From: Bacteroidota bacterium
GTDB lineage: Bacteria > Bacteroidota > Bacteroidia > Bacteroidales > VadinHA17
Assembly: GCA_025350595.1 (NCBI GenBank)
Contig: JANXXP010000202.1
Coordinates: 13,393-77,392 of the forward strand
Direction of reading: 5' to 3'
DNA length: 64,000 bases
The notes under the pieces are model-generated. The model was given only the letters and a program-made list of their open reading frames with translations, searched no databases and was not told the origin of the DNA. Made by a program: the position numbers and the translations under genes. Below are positions 9,108-18,499 of the stretch, piece by piece. Each line of letters opens with the position of its first letter. The first letter of the stretch is position 1.

Positions 9108-11600
9108 TTATCTAATATGCTTCCTGATCCTGTCAAACAGATCATGAGGCTTAAAGGGTTTCAGAACATAATCATCAATATTCAGGTCCTCTATTTTGTC
9201 GTGACTTTCAGACATTATAGCTGCTGTGAGTGCAACAATTGGAATATTCTTTAACCTGGAGTTATCAGATTTCCTGATAATTCTGGTTGCCTCAATACCA
9301 TCCATAACAGGCATGTGCAAATCCATCAGTATCATATCAAAATCATCTGTATCAAGTTTGTCAAGAGCTATTTGTCCATTTTCTGCATGTGTGACAGTTA
9401 CACCCCAGCCAACCAGAAATTTGTTTGCGACAAAGAAGTTAATTTTATTGTCTTCAGCCACGAGAATCTTTTTACCTTCAAGTCCGGTATAATTTTCAGG
9501 TACTTCGACAGCTCTTTCCTGACTTGCTGTTTCTGATACACCAAAAGATAAGGCAAACCTGAAAGTTGACCCTTTTCCAGACTCACTTTCGACAGTAATT
9601 GTACCTCCCTGCAGCTCAATTAGTTTTTTACAGATAGCAAGGCCCATTCCAGTACCTCCATAGTGTCTGGTGGTATCAGCAGCTGCCTGGGTGAAGCTGT
9701 CAAAAATTGCTGAAAGTCTGTCTTTTTGAATTCCAATACCTGTGTCTGTTACTGTGAATTCTATTTTTGAGTGATTCGACACCCGGTTCAATTCTTTAAC
9801 AAGGACTGTAATACTACCTTCATTAGTGAATTTCATGGAATTAGAGAGGAGGTTGGAGAGGATCTGATTCAACCTGATCGGATCGCCAATAACTTCCTGA
9901 GGAAGGTTGCTTGATTTTTTGATATCGAATTTAAGTTGTTTCGCAATTGACCTGAATGAATAGGACCTCATTATCTCATCGAGAAAATCACTTAGATTAA
10001 ACTGGGTTTGTTCGAAAATAATTTTACCAGATTCTATCTTATTATAATCGAGAACATCATTTACCAGAGTGAGAAGATGATTTCCCGAAAACTTGAGTGT
10101 CTTGATAAAATCCATTTGATCATCTCGGGGAATGCCTTGTAAGAGAAGGTTGGTTATCCCAATCACCTCATTCAGTGGTGTTCTTATCTCGTGGCTCATA
10201 GTTGACATGAATAGCTGTTTCGACTGGGCTGCTTCTTCAGCTTTCTGGCGTGCAACTATGAGGTTATCAAGCATCATTCTTCGCTGTATGGCAATAGCAA
10301 TCTGATTTGCTATAAAATCAAGAACATAGAGATCTTCCTGAGAAAATTTGTTTTCATCCTTATAATCCTGCAGACACATCACACCAATTATGTCACTTTC
10401 AACTTTCAAAGGAACACCCATCCATACTTTACATGGAGTGCCAACAAGATCAATGTCACCGTTTTCCTCAAGAATTTTAAGATCATTTAGTTTAAGCAGT
10501 ACAGATTTGTTGTTATGGATTACCCATCCTGTAATCGTTTTTTGGATTGGAATTTTATTAAAATTGTCCTTCTCGTCAGCAAAGAAAGGAAAAGAAACAG
10601 TCTCACTTTCTTTATCATACAGAGCAATGAAAAAATTATTTGTATCCCAAATCTTACTTAATTCATGAACAATAGTCGGATAAATCTCTTTAATATCATA
10701 CTGTTTTAATGCCGCAGTTGATATGTTATAAAGAATCTCCTGTAGAAGCATATTCTTTCTTTCGAGAGTAATATCCCTATAAATACCAAGTTGGGCAATA
10801 ACTTCATTGTTCATTACTACTGTGGTGGCAACAAGCGAAACATGTATCCTGTTTCCGAATTTGTCTTTTCTTATTGTATGAATGGTATCTTTTCTGTTTA
10901 TTGACTCGAGACTATCTATTCTCATTGCCTCTTCTTTCAAATCCTCAGGCACCACCAGGTCATCAATCTGATTATTTATTGCTTCATCCTGAGTGTATCC
11001 GAACAGGCTTGAGAACTCTTTGTTCACAATTGTTATTTTTCCTGTATTGTCAGTAATAGCAATTGCTGCCGGAGTTGAATCGATCAGATATTCAAGAAAG
11101 GCTTTTTCTCTTTCAATCTGATTTTCAAATTCTTTTTGTTTACTTATATCTGTTATTACCCCCCTGTATCCGACGATTTTGTTATCATGAAATACTGCAA
11201 ACGAATGTGTTACTATCGGTACGTAAGTGCCATCCTTTTTACTAGCATAATATTCGTTGCTTGAGCTTTGTCCGGGGTATTTTAACTCTTTCAGATTGAT
11301 TATCATATTCTGAAAGTTCATCGGAAATAGTTCTGAAATATTCAGCCCCCTTGCAAGATCATTCCGTGAGTATCCAAAAAAGTTAAGTCCTCTCTGGTTC
11401 CCATATATAATTCTTCCTGTCAGATCAACCTCGTAGATCATTTCCTGGAGCATTTCTGCGAACTTCTCAAACTCATTTTCTATTTTATTGAGATAATCCG
11501 TGTCCTTTATACTGCTTGCCGATGAGCGCAGAGATTCGAGTTCCTTCTCCAGCTTTTTATTTATCTCTAACAACTCCCCGTATCGTTCTTTATAATCCAT
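9108..11600 (-). CDS. Hybrid sensor histidine kinase/response regulator (coiled coil, PAS x2, GAF, HisKA, HATPase, REC)
   Basis: 830 aa. The H-box is STMSHEIRTPLNEV. ATP-lid motifs are DTGIGI and GGTGMGLAICKKLIELQGG. The C-terminal receiver reads KILVAEDNKINF...MDLHMPVMDG...LTAA...KP. Confidence 0.88.
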   Translation of the reverse strand: MDYKERYGELLEINKKLEKELESLRSSASSIKDTDYLNKIENEFEKFAEMLQEMIYEVDLTGRIIYGNQRGLNFFGYSRNDLARGLNISELFPMNFQNMIINLKELKYPGQSSSNEYYASKKDGTYVPIVTHSFAVFHDNKIVGYRGVITDISKQKEFENQIEREKAFLEYLIDSTPAAIAITDNTGKITIVNKEFSSLFGYTQDEAINNQIDDLVVPEDLKEEAMRIDSLESINRKDTIHTIRKDKFGNRIHVSLVATTVVMNNEVIAQLGIYRDITLERKNMLLQEILYNISTAALKQYDIKEIYPTIVHELSKIWDTNNFFIALYDKESETVSFPFFADEKDNFNKIPIQKTITGWVIHNNKSVLLKLNDLKILEENGDIDLVGTPCKVWMGVPLKVESDIIGVMCLQDYKDENKFSQEDLYVLDFIANQIAIAIQRRMMLDNLIVARQKAEEAAQSKQLFMSTMSHEIRTPLNEVIGITNLLLQGIPRDDQMDFIKTLKFSGNHLLTLVNDVLDYNKIESGKIIFEQTQFNLSDFLDEIMRSYSFRSIAKQLKFDIKKSSNLPQEVIGDPIRLNQILSNLLSNSMKFTNEGSITVLVKELNRVSNHSKIEFTVTDTGIGIQKDRLSAIFDSFTQAAADTTRHYGGTGMGLAICKKLIELQGGTITVESESGKGSTFRFALSFGVSETASQERAVEVPENYTGLEGKKILVAEDNKINFFVANKFLVGWGVTVTHAENGQIALDKLDTDDFDMILMDLHMPVMDGIEATRIIRKSDNSRLKNIPIVALTAAIMSESHDKIEDLNIDDYVLKPFKPHDLFDRIRKHIR

Positions 11601-11686
11601 TTCTTCGGTCTTTAGAAATTCTTTTTAAAAATAGCAAATAATGGTTTATTCTGTTTTGGAATCAGATTATTTATATCTCTTCTAAA

Positions 11687-12340
11687 TTATTTTTTCAATT
11701 TATTTTTCTTCCACATGTAGAACTTGCAGAAGTCATTTAGTCCGCACTCTTCGCAGAGAGGAATTCTGGCCTTGCAGATATACCTTCCATGCAGAATAAG
11801 CCAGTGATGTGCCTGACGAATTATTTCAGGAGGAAAATTTTTGGTGAGCTGTAATTCAACACTCAAAGGAGTTCTGGCATTTTTTACTAGTCCGATTCTG
11901 TTCGATACTCTGAAAACATGAGTGTCAACAGCCATCACAGGTTTCTTAAATAATACAGATGCTACAACATTTGCTGTTTTTCTTCCTACACCAGGAAGTT
12001 TCTGCAATAACTCCGGCTCTGAAGGTAAGATTCCTCCAAATTCAGTCATGATCATTCTTGTCATACCTGACAAATGTCTGGCTTTATTATTCGGGTAGGT
12101 ACATGATCGGATATATTTGAAAATATCTTCAGGTTCAGCTTTTGACATTGCTTCAGCATTTGGATATTTCTTAAACAGGGCAGGAGTGATCATGTTGACT
12201 CTCTTATCCGTACATTGTGCCGATAGGATTGTGGCAACAATAAGTTCGTAAGGTTCATGATAAATCAGTTCAGTTTCAGCAGACGGCTGGTTTTTCATGA
12301 AATACTCTATGGTCCTCTTAAATCTTTCTTTAATGGTCAT
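11687..12340 (-). CDS. nth: Endonuclease III
   Basis: LSAQCTDKRVN, the HhH-GPD motif LPGVGRKTANVV...AVDTHVFRVSNRIG, and the Fe-S cluster loop CKARIPLCEECGLNDFC. I start it at MTIKERF (12340). The longer track ORF (to 12454) would overlap the ABC-F start and its promoter box. Confidence 0.88.
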   Translation of the reverse strand: MTIKERFKRTIEYFMKNQPSAETELIYHEPYELIVATILSAQCTDKRVNMITPALFKKYPNAEAMSKAEPEDIFKYIRSCTYPNNKARHLSGMTRMIMTEFGGILPSEPELLQKLPGVGRKTANVVASVLFKKPVMAVDTHVFRVSNRIGLVKNARTPLSVELQLTKNFPPEIIRQAHHWLILHGRYICKARIPLCEECGLNDFCKFYMWKKNKLKK

Positions 12341-12378
12341 AGGGCTTAAAATAATAGTGCTGGTAAGGTAACACTTTT

Positions 12379-12386
12379 TATCTTTG
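12379..12386 (+). promoter_or_regulatory. Candidate -7 box (TATCTTTG) for the ABC-F gene
   Basis: Matches TAnnTTTG 17 nt upstream of the ATG at 12404. Confidence 0.35.
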
Positions 12387-12403
12387 CACAATATTGAATA
12401 ATT

Positions 12404-14278
12404 ATGATAAGTTACCTGCAGGCTGATAACATAGCCAGAAGAATCGGAGATCATCTTCTTTTTGAAAATATTAGTCTTAATGTCAATAAGGATGACAAGG
12501 TTGCTCTGATTGCCGTAAATGGTGCCGGGAAATCATCAATGCTCGATATACTTGCCGGAATAGAAAATCCTGATCAGGGGTCTCTTAGTATCAAACGTGA
12601 TTTGCAGATAGCATATCTTCAGCAATCTCCTCATCTTATCGAATCCAACAAAATAATTGACGAACTGTTTTCTACTGACAGCGAGTTGGTAAAAACAATC
12701 AGAGAGTATGAAGAATGTATCCTTTCTGAAAACCACAATTCGCTCCATGAATTAATACAGCGGATGGATGATCTCAAAGCCTGGGATTATGAAGTGGCAG
12801 TAAAACAAATACTCTTTAAACTGAAACTTACCGATCTGAATGCTATTATTGGAACTCTGTCAGGAGGTCAGAAAAAAAGGGTTGCTCTTGCAAAAGTTCT
12901 GGTAGAGGATTCAGATCTGCTTATTCTTGATGAGCCTACCAACCACCTCGATCTTGATATGATTGAGTGGCTTGAAGAGTATCTTATTAAATCCAATAAA
13001 ACTCTTTTGATGGTCACCCACGACAGGTACTTTCTTGACAGGGTTTGCAATGTTATTCTGGAACTGTCTGATAATGAGATTTACAGGTATGAAGGTAATT
13101 ATGAGTATTTCCTGGAGAAGAAACAGAGCAGGGAAGTTTCAGCTAAGATGAATACTGAGAAGGCAAGAAACCTTCTTAAAACCGAACTTGAGTGGATGAG
13201 AAAAATGCCAAAGGCGCGTCGGCATAAAGCAAAATCGAGGGTTGAATCTTTTTATGATCTGAAAGAGAAAGCAGCTTACAGACCCGAAGATAAGAGTATT
13301 AATATAAACGTCAATATTTCAAGGATGGGCAGCAAGATCCTCGAAATAAAAAATGTAAGTAAATCATATGGTGATAAGGTTGTACTTAAGGACTTTACAT
13401 ACCTGTTCAACAGGTTCGAGAAAGCAGGACTAATCGGTCGGAATGGAACAGGTAAAACCACTTTGCTGAATATTATTACCGGATTGACCGAACCAGATAA
13501 AGGAATTGTTGAACGCGGAGAAACAATTGTATTTGGTTATTACAGGCAGCAGGGTATTGAATTTGACGACGATATGACTGTAATTGACGCAGTAAAAAAT
13601 ATTGCTGAAAGGGTTATGGTAAGCGATGGTACTGTTTTGTCTATCACTCAATTCATGAATTATTTTCTGTTTCCTCCCGAAAAGCAGTATACATTGATCA
13701 GAAAATTGTCGGGAGGTGAGAAAAGACGTTTGTACCTGCTTACCGTCCTGATGAAAAATCCTAATTTTCTGATTCTCGATGAGCCTACAAATGATCTCGA
13801 CATACTTACCCTGAATGTTCTTGAGGAGTATCTGGCCGGGTTCAAAGGTTGTGTTATAGTTGTTTCTCATGATAGATATTTTATGGATAAAGTTGTCGAT
13901 CATATCTTCGAATACAAAGGAGATGGAGTTATAAAGGACTTTCCCGGGAACTATACCCAGTTAAGGGATAAGCAGGAGGAGACTGAAAGGAAACTTGCTG
14001 CTGTTAAGGCATCAAAAGCATCACTTTCTGATCTGACTATCGAAACTCCGGTTAAAAAGGAAAAAAAGCCGGGGCTCACATTTAAAGAGAAAAAAGAATT
14101 TGAAGCACTTGGAATTGAAATACAAAACCTTGAATCAGAAAAAAACCTGATCGAAAATGAGATGGCTCTTGGTGCCATAAGTCCTGAGGAATTGTATTTA
14201 AGATCCATAAGGCATGGAGAAATAGTTAAAATGCTGGATGAGAAAGAGATGAGATGGCTGGAATTAAGCGAGAAATAA
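12404..14278 (+). CDS. ABC-F family ATPase (Uup/YbiT-like, no membrane domain)
   Basis: 624 aa. It has two Walker A motifs (GVNGAGKSS, GRNGTGKTT), two signature motifs (LSGGQKKR, LSGGEKRR), two Walker B motifs (LLILDEPTNHLD, FLILDEPTNDLD) and a Lys/Glu-rich coiled-coil C-terminus. Confidence 0.88.
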   Translation: MISYLQADNIARRIGDHLLFENISLNVNKDDKVALIAVNGAGKSSMLDILAGIENPDQGSLSIKRDLQIAYLQQSPHLIESNKIIDELFSTDSELVKTIREYEECILSENHNSLHELIQRMDDLKAWDYEVAVKQILFKLKLTDLNAIIGTLSGGQKKRVALAKVLVEDSDLLILDEPTNHLDLDMIEWLEEYLIKSNKTLLMVTHDRYFLDRVCNVILELSDNEIYRYEGNYEYFLEKKQSREVSAKMNTEKARNLLKTELEWMRKMPKARRHKAKSRVESFYDLKEKAAYRPEDKSININVNISRMGSKILEIKNVSKSYGDKVVLKDFTYLFNRFEKAGLIGRNGTGKTTLLNIITGLTEPDKGIVERGETIVFGYYRQQGIEFDDDMTVIDAVKNIAERVMVSDGTVLSITQFMNYFLFPPEKQYTLIRKLSGGEKRRLYLLTVLMKNPNFLILDEPTNDLDILTLNVLEEYLAGFKGCVIVVSHDRYFMDKVVDHIFEYKGDGVIKDFPGNYTQLRDKQEETERKLAAVKASKASLSDLTIETPVKKEKKPGLTFKEKKEFEALGIEIQNLESEKNLIENEMALGAISPEELYLRSIRHGEIVKMLDEKEMRWLELSEK

Positions 14279-14355
14279 ATTTAATGTGCATTTTACACAG
14301 AATTAAGATTGAATTGTCACGATTTTTTTAATTTTAACCTCAATAGTTTATTCAA

Positions 14356-15396
14356 TTGGAAAAAATAGTCATAAAAACTCCGGGGATTATATCCGAAATA
14401 CTTGTAGGAGAGAGCTGGGAATCTGTAACCTCAATGCTTCCTGAAAGAGGTGTGGTTATTATTACAGACGACAATGTACTTCGACTTTATGGTGACAAAT
14501 TTCCTAAGGTGCCTGTCATAGCTGTTTCCCATGGCGAAAGCAGCAAGAAACTGGGAGTGATTGAATACCTTGCTGAACAATTACTTTTACAAGGTGTCGA
14601 CAGGTCAGGTTTTATTCTTGCTGTAGGTGGAGGAGTCGTTTGTGATATAGCTGGTTTCCTTGCATCAATTTATATGAGAGGTATAAGATGCGGATATATC
14701 TCTACCAGTCTTTTGTCGCAGGTTGATGCGAGTACCGGAGGAAAGAACGGTGTTAACCTGGGTGATACAAAAAATATGCTTGGAGTTATTAGGCAGCCGG
14801 AGTTTGTGATATGCGATACCTCAATGTTAATTACCCTTTCTGACCAGGAGTACTTATCTGGCCTGGCCGAGTTAATAAAAACTGCTGTAATTGGCGATTA
14901 TGAGTTATTTGATCTTATTGAACAGAATTTCACAAAGATAATGGCCAGAGAAAAGGACCTTCTCACTGCTCTGATAGCCAGATCTGTTAAATTCAAAGCA
15001 TACGTGGTTACTGAGGATGAGCTGGAAACCGGATTGAGGAGGATTCTTAATTTCGGACATACATACGGACATGCAATTGAGATGCATATGTTCTTTAAAC
15101 ATGGCTTTGCTGTCGCATCCGGTATGGAAATTGCGACTGAATTTTCCTTTGAAAAAGGTTACATCAGTTCAGTTGAGAAGACCAGGATAATTAATCTGTT
15201 AAATAAATTTGGTCTTCTTAATTACCATAATATTCCAGATGATCAAATTGACAGGCTTATCCTTCATGATAAAAAGAAAACAGGCGCTGGTATCAACTTT
15301 ATCTTTACTGAGGGTATAGGAAAAGCAATGGATAAAAAAGTTACGGTCGGAGAGGTCACCGATTTTTATAAAAGATTCAGAAATAAAAAATTATAG
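14356..15396 (+). CDS. aroB: 3-dehydroquinate synthase
   Basis: 346 aa with a TTG start. ILAVGGGVVCDIAGFLASIYMRGI..., DASTGGKNGVN, LNFGHTYGHAIE. Confidence 0.85.
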   Translation: MEKIVIKTPGIISEILVGESWESVTSMLPERGVVIITDDNVLRLYGDKFPKVPVIAVSHGESSKKLGVIEYLAEQLLLQGVDRSGFILAVGGGVVCDIAGFLASIYMRGIRCGYISTSLLSQVDASTGGKNGVNLGDTKNMLGVIRQPEFVICDTSMLITLSDQEYLSGLAELIKTAVIGDYELFDLIEQNFTKIMAREKDLLTALIARSVKFKAYVVTEDELETGLRRILNFGHTYGHAIEMHMFFKHGFAVASGMEIATEFSFEKGYISSVEKTRIINLLNKFGLLNYHNIPDDQIDRLILHDKKKTGAGINFIFTEGIGKAMDKKVTVGEVTDFYKRFRNKKL

Positions 15397-15400
15397 AAAT

Positions 15401-16387
15401 ATGAATTCTTCAGGAGTTATTTTCAGAGTTTCGTTATTTGGTGAATCACATGGTGTAGCGATCGGTGTTGTAATTGACGGGTGTCCTCCGGGTATAACTG
15501 TTGAACCTGATGATTTTCTGCCTGATCTGCAAAGAAGGCAGAGCGGGAGCAGGGGAACCACTAAACGCAGGGAAGCTGATCTGCCTGAAATACTTAGCGG
15601 AGTATTCAACGGCGTAACAACCGGAGCTCCTGTTACTTTAATAACCAGAAACAGCGATAAAATATCATCAGATTATGATGAGTTCAGGAATGTTCCCAGA
15701 CCCGGTCATGCTGATTTTGTTTCTCAGAAAAAGTATTCTGGTTTTTCAGATATGCGGGGAAGCGGACATTTTTCCGGAAGGATTACCTGGGGCCTGGTAG
15801 CAGCTGGAGTAATCGCAAAAAAGATTTCCGGATCATCAGAAATTATTGCAAAGCTGATTTCTGCAGGAGGCTCAGAAAATATTGAAGAAGCCCTTACCAA
15901 AGCTATTGAAGCTAATGATACTATCGGAGGAATTATTGAATGTAAAGTAAAAAATCCTCCTCTTGCTATTGGGGAACCCTTCTTCTACTCTTTCGAATCT
16001 GCCGTTAGTCATCTGATTTTTTCAATACCTGCGATTAAGGGAATTGAATTTGGAGCCGGATTTAAAGCTGCTTCAATGCGTGGATCACAGCATAATGATC
16101 CTTTTATTGACATTAAAGGAAAAACCGCTACAAATAATGCTGGTGGGATAAATGGCGGAATTACCAATGGAAACGAAATTATTTTCAGAGTCGTTGTCAA
16201 ACCAACATCATCAACAGGCGTTGATCAGAATACCTTTAGTTTCAGAGATGGTGAGATGACTACATTAAAAGTAAAGGGGCGTCATGATACTTGCATAGCT
16301 TTAAGAATGCCGGTAATTGTGGAAGCTGCTACCGCTATCGCAATGGCCGATCTGATTCTGATTGACAGAGGTATACATAACCGTTGA
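15401..16387 (+). CDS. aroC: Chorismate synthase
   Basis: 328 aa. FRVSLFGESHGVAIGVVIDGCPPG, RPGHADF, GRHDTC. Confidence 0.88.
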   Translation: MNSSGVIFRVSLFGESHGVAIGVVIDGCPPGITVEPDDFLPDLQRRQSGSRGTTKRREADLPEILSGVFNGVTTGAPVTLITRNSDKISSDYDEFRNVPRPGHADFVSQKKYSGFSDMRGSGHFSGRITWGLVAAGVIAKKISGSSEIIAKLISAGGSENIEEALTKAIEANDTIGGIIECKVKNPPLAIGEPFFYSFESAVSHLIFSIPAIKGIEFGAGFKAASMRGSQHNDPFIDIKGKTATNNAGGINGGITNGNEIIFRVVVKPTSSTGVDQNTFSFRDGEMTTLKVKGRHDTCIALRMPVIVEAATAIAMADLILIDRGIHNR

Positions 16388-16388
16388 T

Positions 16389-17735
16389 TCATCCCTGCTC
16401 CATGTACCCTGCACCCTGTGCCTTTAAAATCAGAACTTTTAATGTTGCCGGCGTTATCTTATACCTGTCATCAATCCTATCCCCGATAACCCATACTATC
16501 TCTCCGGCCGATTCAAGAATACGAATTTTTTCCTTATCAATTTTTGAATATTTTTCATCGACAAAGTAGTCGCTAAGCTTCTTCTTTTGCCTCATTCCAA
16601 AAGGATAAAAGTAATCTCCTGATCTCCACTTCCTTATAACTAGTGGATAGCGAATTTTATCAGAGTCTATACATGCTGAATCATGCCCGGATAAGATCTT
16701 AAATTTCCCGGTTCTTTCAATTTCGTCAGCTGAGAGTATTCCGGGAATATCTCTCAATTCTTTAATACTTCTAATGTTTAGATATGATTCATTTTCATCA
16801 CCGACACCTGATACAATTATTTCTTTCCTGTTTTTTATTATCCTGTATTCTGGTGTTATAATATGACTTCCTGTTTTGCCTTCAATAATCATAATAAGGT
16901 CATTCAACTGGTAATTGGTTATTCCGAAAGGTTTAAACAATTCAAATATTATAGTAGAATTATCCAGATATTCCTTAAGTTTTTCGGAGTTAAAAATTAC
17001 AAGACCTTCTCTTTCTGAGGTTACCTTTTTCCTTAACTCTGAGATATATTCATTGACAATCTCGCTTATTCCAGTGAATCTTTCAGCGGAATCATTCAGT
17101 GTTGTTTCAATTGCCGGGTTGATCTCTTTCAAAAGGGGAATTACCTTATGTCTGATTTTGTTTCTTGTATATTTTGTATCTGCGTTCGATCTGTCTTCAC
17201 GAAAAATAATCTTATGTCTATTACAGTACTCAACAATATCACTTCGTGTTGCAAAAAGCAACGGACGGATAATATTGTTTGTGAATGGCTTCATTCCTGT
17301 TAACCCTGCTATACCTGTTCCCCTTGTAAGGTTAATCAGCAGGGTTTCAATATTATCGTTAAGGTTATGCGCCACTGCCAGTAGATTATACCCATTCTCT
17401 TTCATGATTTCTTCGAACCATTTATATCTTAGTTCTCTTGCAGCCATCTGGATAGATACTCCTTGCTCACTTGCAAATACTGCCGTTTTGAATTTTATTG
17501 TATGAAAAGGAATATTGTGTTTCATTGCAAATTCATGAACCAGTTCCTCGTCTTTATCAGACTCTCCGGCTCTCAATGAAAAATTGCAATGGGCAATTCC
17601 TGTCTTGTTTTCAAATTGCAGAAACAACTGCGACATTACCATAGAATCAATTCCTCCACTCACAGCCAGCAATATTCTGTCGGCAGGTTTTATCAGGTTC
17701 TTCTCGGCAATATACTTTTTAAACTTATTGAGCAT
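16389..17735 (-). CDS. tilS: tRNA(Ile)-lysidine synthetase
   Basis: The PP-loop LLAVSGGIDSMV sits near the N-terminus and the length fits TilS. I start it at MLNKFKKY (17735), because a terminator hairpin and a -7 box lie inside the longer track ORF (to 17795). Confidence 0.85.
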   Translation of the reverse strand: MLNKFKKYIAEKNLIKPADRILLAVSGGIDSMVMSQLFLQFENKTGIAHCNFSLRAGESDKDEELVHEFAMKHNIPFHTIKFKTAVFASEQGVSIQMAARELRYKWFEEIMKENGYNLLAVAHNLNDNIETLLINLTRGTGIAGLTGMKPFTNNIIRPLLFATRSDIVEYCNRHKIIFREDRSNADTKYTRNKIRHKVIPLLKEINPAIETTLNDSAERFTGISEIVNEYISELRKKVTSEREGLVIFNSEKLKEYLDNSTIIFELFKPFGITNYQLNDLIMIIEGKTGSHIITPEYRIIKNRKEIIVSGVGDENESYLNIRSIKELRDIPGILSADEIERTGKFKILSGHDSACIDSDKIRYPLVIRKWRSGDYFYPFGMRQKKKLSDYFVDEKYSKIDKEKIRILESAGEIVWVIGDRIDDRYKITPATLKVLILKAQGAGYMEQG

Positions 17736-17753
17736 ATCTATGGCATTGAAATG

Positions 17754-17761
17754 CAAAAATA
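17754..17761 (-). promoter_or_regulatory. Candidate -7 box (TATTTTTG) for tilS
   Basis: The minus strand reads TATTTTTG 18 nt upstream of the ATG at 17735. Confidence 0.35.
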
Positions 17762-17792
17762 GAAAAAGGTATCCTTGTTGGGGATACCTTTT
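17755..17792 (-). terminator. Intrinsic terminator of the peroxiredoxin gene
   Basis: The minus strand reads AAAAGGTATCC-CCAACAA-GGATACCTTTT, an 11-bp stem at 17764..17774 / 17782..17792. It is followed by TCTATTTTT and lies 19 nt after the stop. Confidence 0.6.
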
Positions 17793-17810
17793 CAATAAAA
17801 TGTGTAAAAA

Positions 17811-18443
17811 CTATTTCTTTGCAAGGTATTTTGATACACCTTCCTGTGTCGCTTTCATCCCCTTGTCTCCTTTATGCCAGTCTGCCGGACATACTTCCCC
17901 ATTCTCTTCAAAAAACTGAAGCGCATCAACCATTCTGAGGGTTTCGGAAACACTTCTTCCCAGAGGCATATCATTAACCGTCTGATGTCGTACAGTTCCG
18001 GTTTTATCGATCAGGAATAAACCTCTGTAAGCCATAGGTGATCCGTTAAATGTAACTTCTCCTGTTTCTGAGTAATCATAATTACCGGCGAGTACATCAT
18101 AATTTTCTGAAATCGTTTTTGAGAGATCAGAGACAAGTGGGTACTTAACACCCTTTATTCCACCCTGATTTAATTCAGTCTGCAGCCATTTCCAATGTGA
18201 AAAATGTGAATCAACTGAACAAGCTACCACTGCAACATTTCTTTCCTCGAATTCTTTCATCTTTTCCTGAAAAGCCACCAGCTCGGTAGGGCAGACAAAA
18301 GTAAAGTCAGCCGGATAGAAAAAGAAAACAACAAATTTTTTTCCAAGGTATTGCTCAAGAGAGAATCCTTCTACGATTTCACCGCCATTTATTACTGCAG
18401 GTGCAGAAAATACCGGTGCTTTTTTTCCAACTAATACAGCCAT
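17811..18443 (-). CDS. Typical 2-Cys peroxiredoxin (AhpC/Prx1 family)
   Basis: 210 aa. The peroxidatic motif is FFFYPADFTFVCPTE and the resolving Cys lies in GEVCPADW. Confidence 0.9.
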   Translation of the reverse strand: MAVLVGKKAPVFSAPAVINGGEIVEGFSLEQYLGKKFVVFFFYPADFTFVCPTELVAFQEKMKEFEERNVAVVACSVDSHFSHWKWLQTELNQGGIKGVKYPLVSDLSKTISENYDVLAGNYDYSETGEVTFNGSPMAYRGLFLIDKTGTVRHQTVNDMPLGRSVSETLRMVDALQFFEENGEVCPADWHKGDKGMKATQEGVSKYLAKK

Positions 18444-18476
18444 TTTTATGAATTTTAATTAAAACTATTGTTAATA

Positions 18477-18484
18477 CAAATTTA
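18477..18484 (-). promoter_or_regulatory. Candidate -7 box (TAAATTTG) for the peroxiredoxin gene
   Basis: Minus-strand TAAATTTG lies 33 nt upstream of the ATG at 18443. Confidence 0.35.
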
Positions 18485-18499
18485 TTATTGTTTTGTTCA

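Noticed and set aside
12341-12454. N-terminal extension of nth (track ORF 255 aa) overlapping the ABC-F start
   Set aside because: The extension has no similarity to endonuclease III N-termini. It covers the divergent promoter region, including a TATCTTTG box. MTIKERF gives a normal-length Nth.
16389-17735. PP-loop protein as the missing LarE
   Set aside because: The SGGIDS PP-loop protein here has TilS length and architecture (about 450 aa with a substrate-binding C-terminal domain) and lies 10 kb from the lar genes. It is not a ~270-aa LarE.
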